Shown here: in pieces, positions 60,879 through 64,000 of the stretch | Layout: every line of letters begins with the position of its first letter | How positions within the stretch are numbered: the first letter of the stretch is position 1 | Notes under the pieces: model-generated | What the model was told of the DNA's origin: nothing | Database searches by the model: none | Seen by the model: only the letters and a program-made list of their open reading frames with translations | Position numbers and translations under genes: made by a program | IMG/VR virus record: IMGVR_UViG_3300024999_000029 | Location: 285,051-349,050 of that record | Strand: one strand, 5' to 3' | DNA length: 64,000 nucleotides

Positions 60879-61127
60879 TTAACTATTTACCTCCGCAACT
60901 ATTTCATCTAAACTTTTATATTCTTTTTCAACACTACATCTCACAAATTTCTGTTTATCGTTTGGTGAACTTTCTTCATAAGTTATAAACTTATAAAACA
61001 TTGCAACACCATCTTCATATGCAACAATAAAATTTGTTAAATTATTAAAGCTATCACAATCTGAATAAGCAAAATATGATGTTCCTGCCGAATGTAATAT
61101 TGAAACGAACTTTTCTAAATCAGTCAT
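60879..61127 (-). CDS. hypothetical protein
   Basis: ORF, RBS. Confidence 0.55.
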   Translation of the reverse strand: MTDLEKFVSILHSAGTSYFAYSDCDSFNNLTNFIVAYEDGVAMFYKFITYEESSPNDKQKFVRCSVEKEYKSLDEIVAEVNS

Positions 61128-61166
61128 AGTCCCCCTCCTGTTTTATATTTTACTTTAAATAATGGT

Positions 61167-61508
61167 TTACATAAATTCTAATGGTACTTTATTTTTAATA
61201 CAATATTCCATACCTTCTACTAACTCTAGAGCTTCATTTTTATCATAATCATCGTCATCCCATTTATTAACTAATTCTTTTAGTCTTGGTGCAACTTTTT
61301 CACATTCTTCAACTGTTAAAATGCCATCGCAATCTGAATGATTTAAAAATGGCTCAATATTATCTTTGATTGTTTCAAATGAAATATCTCCACCAAATCC
61401 TTTCATGGCACTAAGATTTATGCCTATTTTATTTGCGAGTCTTCTTCTAAAATTACCGAATCCTCCATAGCTCCAATGTGCATCACTATGATTAAAATCC
61501 AGGTCCAT
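61167..61508 (-). CDS. hypothetical protein
   Basis: WSYGGF..FR, HSDCDG motifs common in phages. Confidence 0.65.
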   Translation of the reverse strand: MDLDFNHSDAHWSYGGFGNFRRRLANKIGINLSAMKGFGGDISFETIKDNIEPFLNHSDCDGILTVEECEKVAPRLKELVNKWDDDDYDKNEALELVEGMEYCIKNKVPLEFM

Positions 61509-61618
61509 AATAATATCCTCCTAATATTTTTATACTTTTCTTTAAAACACGAAATTTATCTAAATTTTCAATTTTGAAACTCTTGTGGCGGTAGGGTTTC
61601 AAAATGATGTTATTTGCT

Positions 61619-61966
61619 TTAATCTTCTATATACCATTTTCCATTTAATATTTCTTCAGCGGAAATACCATAGCCATTATTATCGGCAATCACATTGCCT
61701 TCTCCGAATACTATATTATATCTGTTGTTTCTAAATTTTTCTCTTTCACATTTTATTGTTTTACCATTTTGGTATGCTTTAATTGCAGTCGTAAAATCAA
61801 CTGGTTCTTGAATTAGTTCCCACTCTGTATTAAAATAATAAGAATATTCACATTTAAACCATCCATTGTCAGCGCATACCGTATTATAAAGCCCACTTTC
61901 CAACTTACATTTAAATCTTAATTTTGGATTTTCGGTTAACATTTTAATCATTTCCCAAGTTTTCAT
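61619..61966 (-). CDS. hypothetical protein
   Basis: ORF, RBS. Confidence 0.6.
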   Translation of the reverse strand: MKTWEMIKMLTENPKLRFKCKLESGLYNTVCADNGWFKCEYSYYFNTEWELIQEPVDFTTAIKAYQNGKTIKCEREKFRNNRYNIVFGEGNVIADNNGYGISAEEILNGKWYIED

Positions 61967-62021
61967 ATTGGCTTCTCCTTTATATTTTAGTTAATAAGAT
62001 TTAATTTTACTTTAAATCACA

Positions 62022-62210
62022 TTACTCTCCTTTCCCGTGATCTGATTTTGAATGCGCTCCCGAAGTTTTCCACTGTGATATAACACCTGCGCTATAGATT
62101 CTTTCAACTTTCTTATTTCTACATGTTGGGCATTTTTTGAGGGGAAGATCCGTGTAGCTCATTTGAATTTCAAATTGCCCACATTTAGAACATTCATAAG
62201 TATAAAACAT
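62022..62210 (-). CDS. FmdB-family Zn-ribbon protein
   Basis: YTYECSKCG...CPTC. Confidence 0.7.
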   Translation of the reverse strand: MFYTYECSKCGQFEIQMSYTDLPLKKCPTCRNKKVERIYSAGVISQWKTSGAHSKSDHGKGE

Positions 62211-62220
62211 ATTTTGCCTC

Positions 62221-62403
62221 CTATTTACATAGCTCTTTGTACATAAATTCACATTCTTTTAATCGCTGATTTTCTAGATAAAGTTGTGTGTTTTCATTAA
62301 CTAGATTTGTTATTTTTACCTCGACTTCATCAATTAGTTCAAAATATTTTTCTTTGGTAGTCCATTTTGTCGAATTCATTTCTGCTCTTAATTTACTTAA
62401 CAT
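62221..62403 (-). CDS. hypothetical coiled-coil protein
   Basis: ORF, RBS. Confidence 0.5.
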   Translation of the reverse strand: MLSKLRAEMNSTKWTTKEKYFELIDEVEVKITNLVNENTQLYLENQRLKECEFMYKELCK

Positions 62404-62446
62404 TTGTGCATCTCCTTTTATATTTTATTTAATTAGAATTGAAGTT

Positions 62447-62752
62447 TTATAGTATAGATTTTACTGCTTCCCATAGCGCATCACATAATTCATCACCTTC
62501 AAAACATTTGCCACGAAGCCTTTCGGAACCACCAATAGAATATACTCCCACAACTATGTACTCATGCCTATTTTTAGATTCTGTTAAACCTATACGTGGA
62601 AAGCAAAAATCAGAATTGCATAATATCTCTATCATTTTTCCAATTGTATAATGCTCCGCTCTACTGAACACTAAATCCGTTTTAGCTTCTAACGTTCTTC
62701 TTTGTTCACGAGATATTTCTTCAATTTGTCCCTGCCCTATATGTTGTTTCAT
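62447..62752 (-). CDS. hypothetical protein
   Basis: GGAGG RBS before MKQHI; ELCDALWEAVK. Confidence 0.6.
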   Translation of the reverse strand: MKQHIGQGQIEEISREQRRTLEAKTDLVFSRAEHYTIGKMIEILCNSDFCFPRIGLTESKNRHEYIVVGVYSIGGSERLRGKCFEGDELCDALWEAVKSIL

Positions 62753-62795
62753 ATCTAACCTCCATTTTAATAAAACTGAAATTTTACTGCAATAT

Positions 62796-63503
62796 TCATT
62801 TTTCTTTATCTTTTTCATTTAACCAATTGCAGTACTTTTCACATTCTTCTTTTGACTTAAATAATATATCACCCTTATACTCTGAAGCCATTGATTCATC
62901 AAAAGTGTCTATAAATTGAGTAAATTCTAATTTATTCCAACGACAATCATCATCTTCGCTACTCTGATATTTCGGTGTGATTCCGAATTCTCTTCCATAA
63001 TAATCTTTTGATTTATACAAATTTAGTGTTTCTATTACAGTGTGTGTGGGAACATATAGTCTATAGTTTTTTTGACACGAACAATTTTGTTTTATCTCAT
63101 CTCCACTAGGCGATTTATATGTAATTTTTCTATCTTCGTCGCATAATTTACATTTTTTAATCATAGCCCATGTAAAACCTACATAATATCCACTATATTT
63201 TTCTTCAAATGGTTTTAACAATTCTGAGAATTTTTTTCGTAAAAAATCATATTCTAACGACTTTTCTTTTTCCTCAATTTCTCTTTCTTTTCTACTGAGT
63301 TCATATTCTCTTTTTGTTAAAGCTTGTTTGATTTCTTTATTCTCATTTTTAAGTTTATAATTTTCATTTTTAATATTTTCATAATATGTTTTAACTTCTT
63401 TCTTTAATATATCTTTCATCTTATTAGCAAATTCAATAGCTACATTGTCATATTCGCTTGGCTCATAATACTCTCGTTCATTATAGTCATCAAAATCATA
63501 CAT
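62796..63503 (-). CDS. hypothetical protein (coiled coil + Zn finger)
   Basis: CKLCD...CSC. Confidence 0.65.
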   Translation of the reverse strand: MYDFDDYNEREYYEPSEYDNVAIEFANKMKDILKKEVKTYYENIKNENYKLKNENKEIKQALTKREYELSRKEREIEEKEKSLEYDFLRKKFSELLKPFEEKYSGYYVGFTWAMIKKCKLCDEDRKITYKSPSGDEIKQNCSCQKNYRLYVPTHTVIETLNLYKSKDYYGREFGITPKYQSSEDDDCRWNKLEFTQFIDTFDESMASEYKGDILFKSKEECEKYCNWLNEKDKEK

Positions 63504-63552
63504 AGATATATTTCCTTTCTATTATATTTTTCATTAAAATCTGTGTTTCGTG

Positions 63553-63858
63553 TTAATTTTTTTGATAACCCAATTCATCAGCTATACTTTCAAATAACTC
63601 AAAAACCTTATCTATTAATTCTGGCTGTTGAGAAAAACTAGGCTCTATCTTTTCACTCGGTATCCCCATTTTAACTTGACAGTCTTTGCATAAGAATTTT
63701 GAAGTTTGCGTAACTAAATTGCTAGTATATCTTTCATCTATATAACAACTTCCCTTTCTACCTATTAAAAACTTTATCGTCCTATATTCTGAATCTGAAC
63801 TTTTATTATAGGTTTCTTCATGACCACACTTGTCGCAAATATGTATTACTTTTTCCAT
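63553..63858 (-). CDS. Zn-finger hypothetical protein
   Basis: CDKCG...LCKDC. Confidence 0.6.
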   Translation of the reverse strand: MEKVIHICDKCGHEETYNKSSDSEYRTIKFLIGRKGSCYIDERYTSNLVTQTSKFLCKDCQVKMGIPSEKIEPSFSQQPELIDKVFELFESIADELGYQKN

Positions 63859-64000
63859 AATTTCTCCTTATTTTTTTATCAAAACCGCAATTTTAATTTA
63901 ATCTCTTGTGGTTTCAAAAGCCATTACATATCCTTCCAAACTAACAAAATCAATAAGTCCATAATTATCGCAATTGGTGCATTCCCAAGGCATAATGCCT

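Noticed and set aside
61575-61605. AAAC(C/T)CTTG...AGGGTTT resolvase-type site (weak similars near 6260 and 35505)
   Set aside because: Too degenerate and too few copies to support

Overview
AT-rich segment of a large temperate Firmicutes (Clostridia-like, SPbeta-style) siphophage or prophage; no host housekeeping flank is visible. The + strand arm (1-35.4 kb) has an Agr-like membrane/peptide cassette, tail genes, a tyrosine recombinase, lysis genes and an IS607-type IStron (group I intron plus Arc-like RHH and TnpB). The tail genes are a tape measure split by a group I intron, Dit, a large tail protein, baseplate and fibres. Independently promoted accessory cassettes (morons) interrupt them: a PemK-like pair, an FxLYD protein, HTH/antirepressor, a PBECR4 nuclease with upstream pseudoknot repeats, a signal-peptide-fused copy of a tail-protein segment and a CptIN type III TA. 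The - strand arm (35.6-64 kb) has tRNA-Ala, a large serine recombinase, RecU, Pth2, nucleotide metabolism genes (tk, ThyX-like, dut, nrdG/nrdH, intron-split nrdD), DNA methyltransferases, HNH nucleases and many small hypothetical genes. Best novelty candidates: (1) a probable new type III TA-like system (33-nt pseudoknot repeats, terminator, PBECR4 RNase) sharing its promoter with the CptIN locus; (2) an exported copy or alternative C-terminus cassette of the tail protein; (3) a kinase-less Agr-like cassette with a 16-aa peptide; (4) ATAAAA-N6-TTTTAT palindromes at gene boundaries. All family calls come from motif recognition, not database searches.
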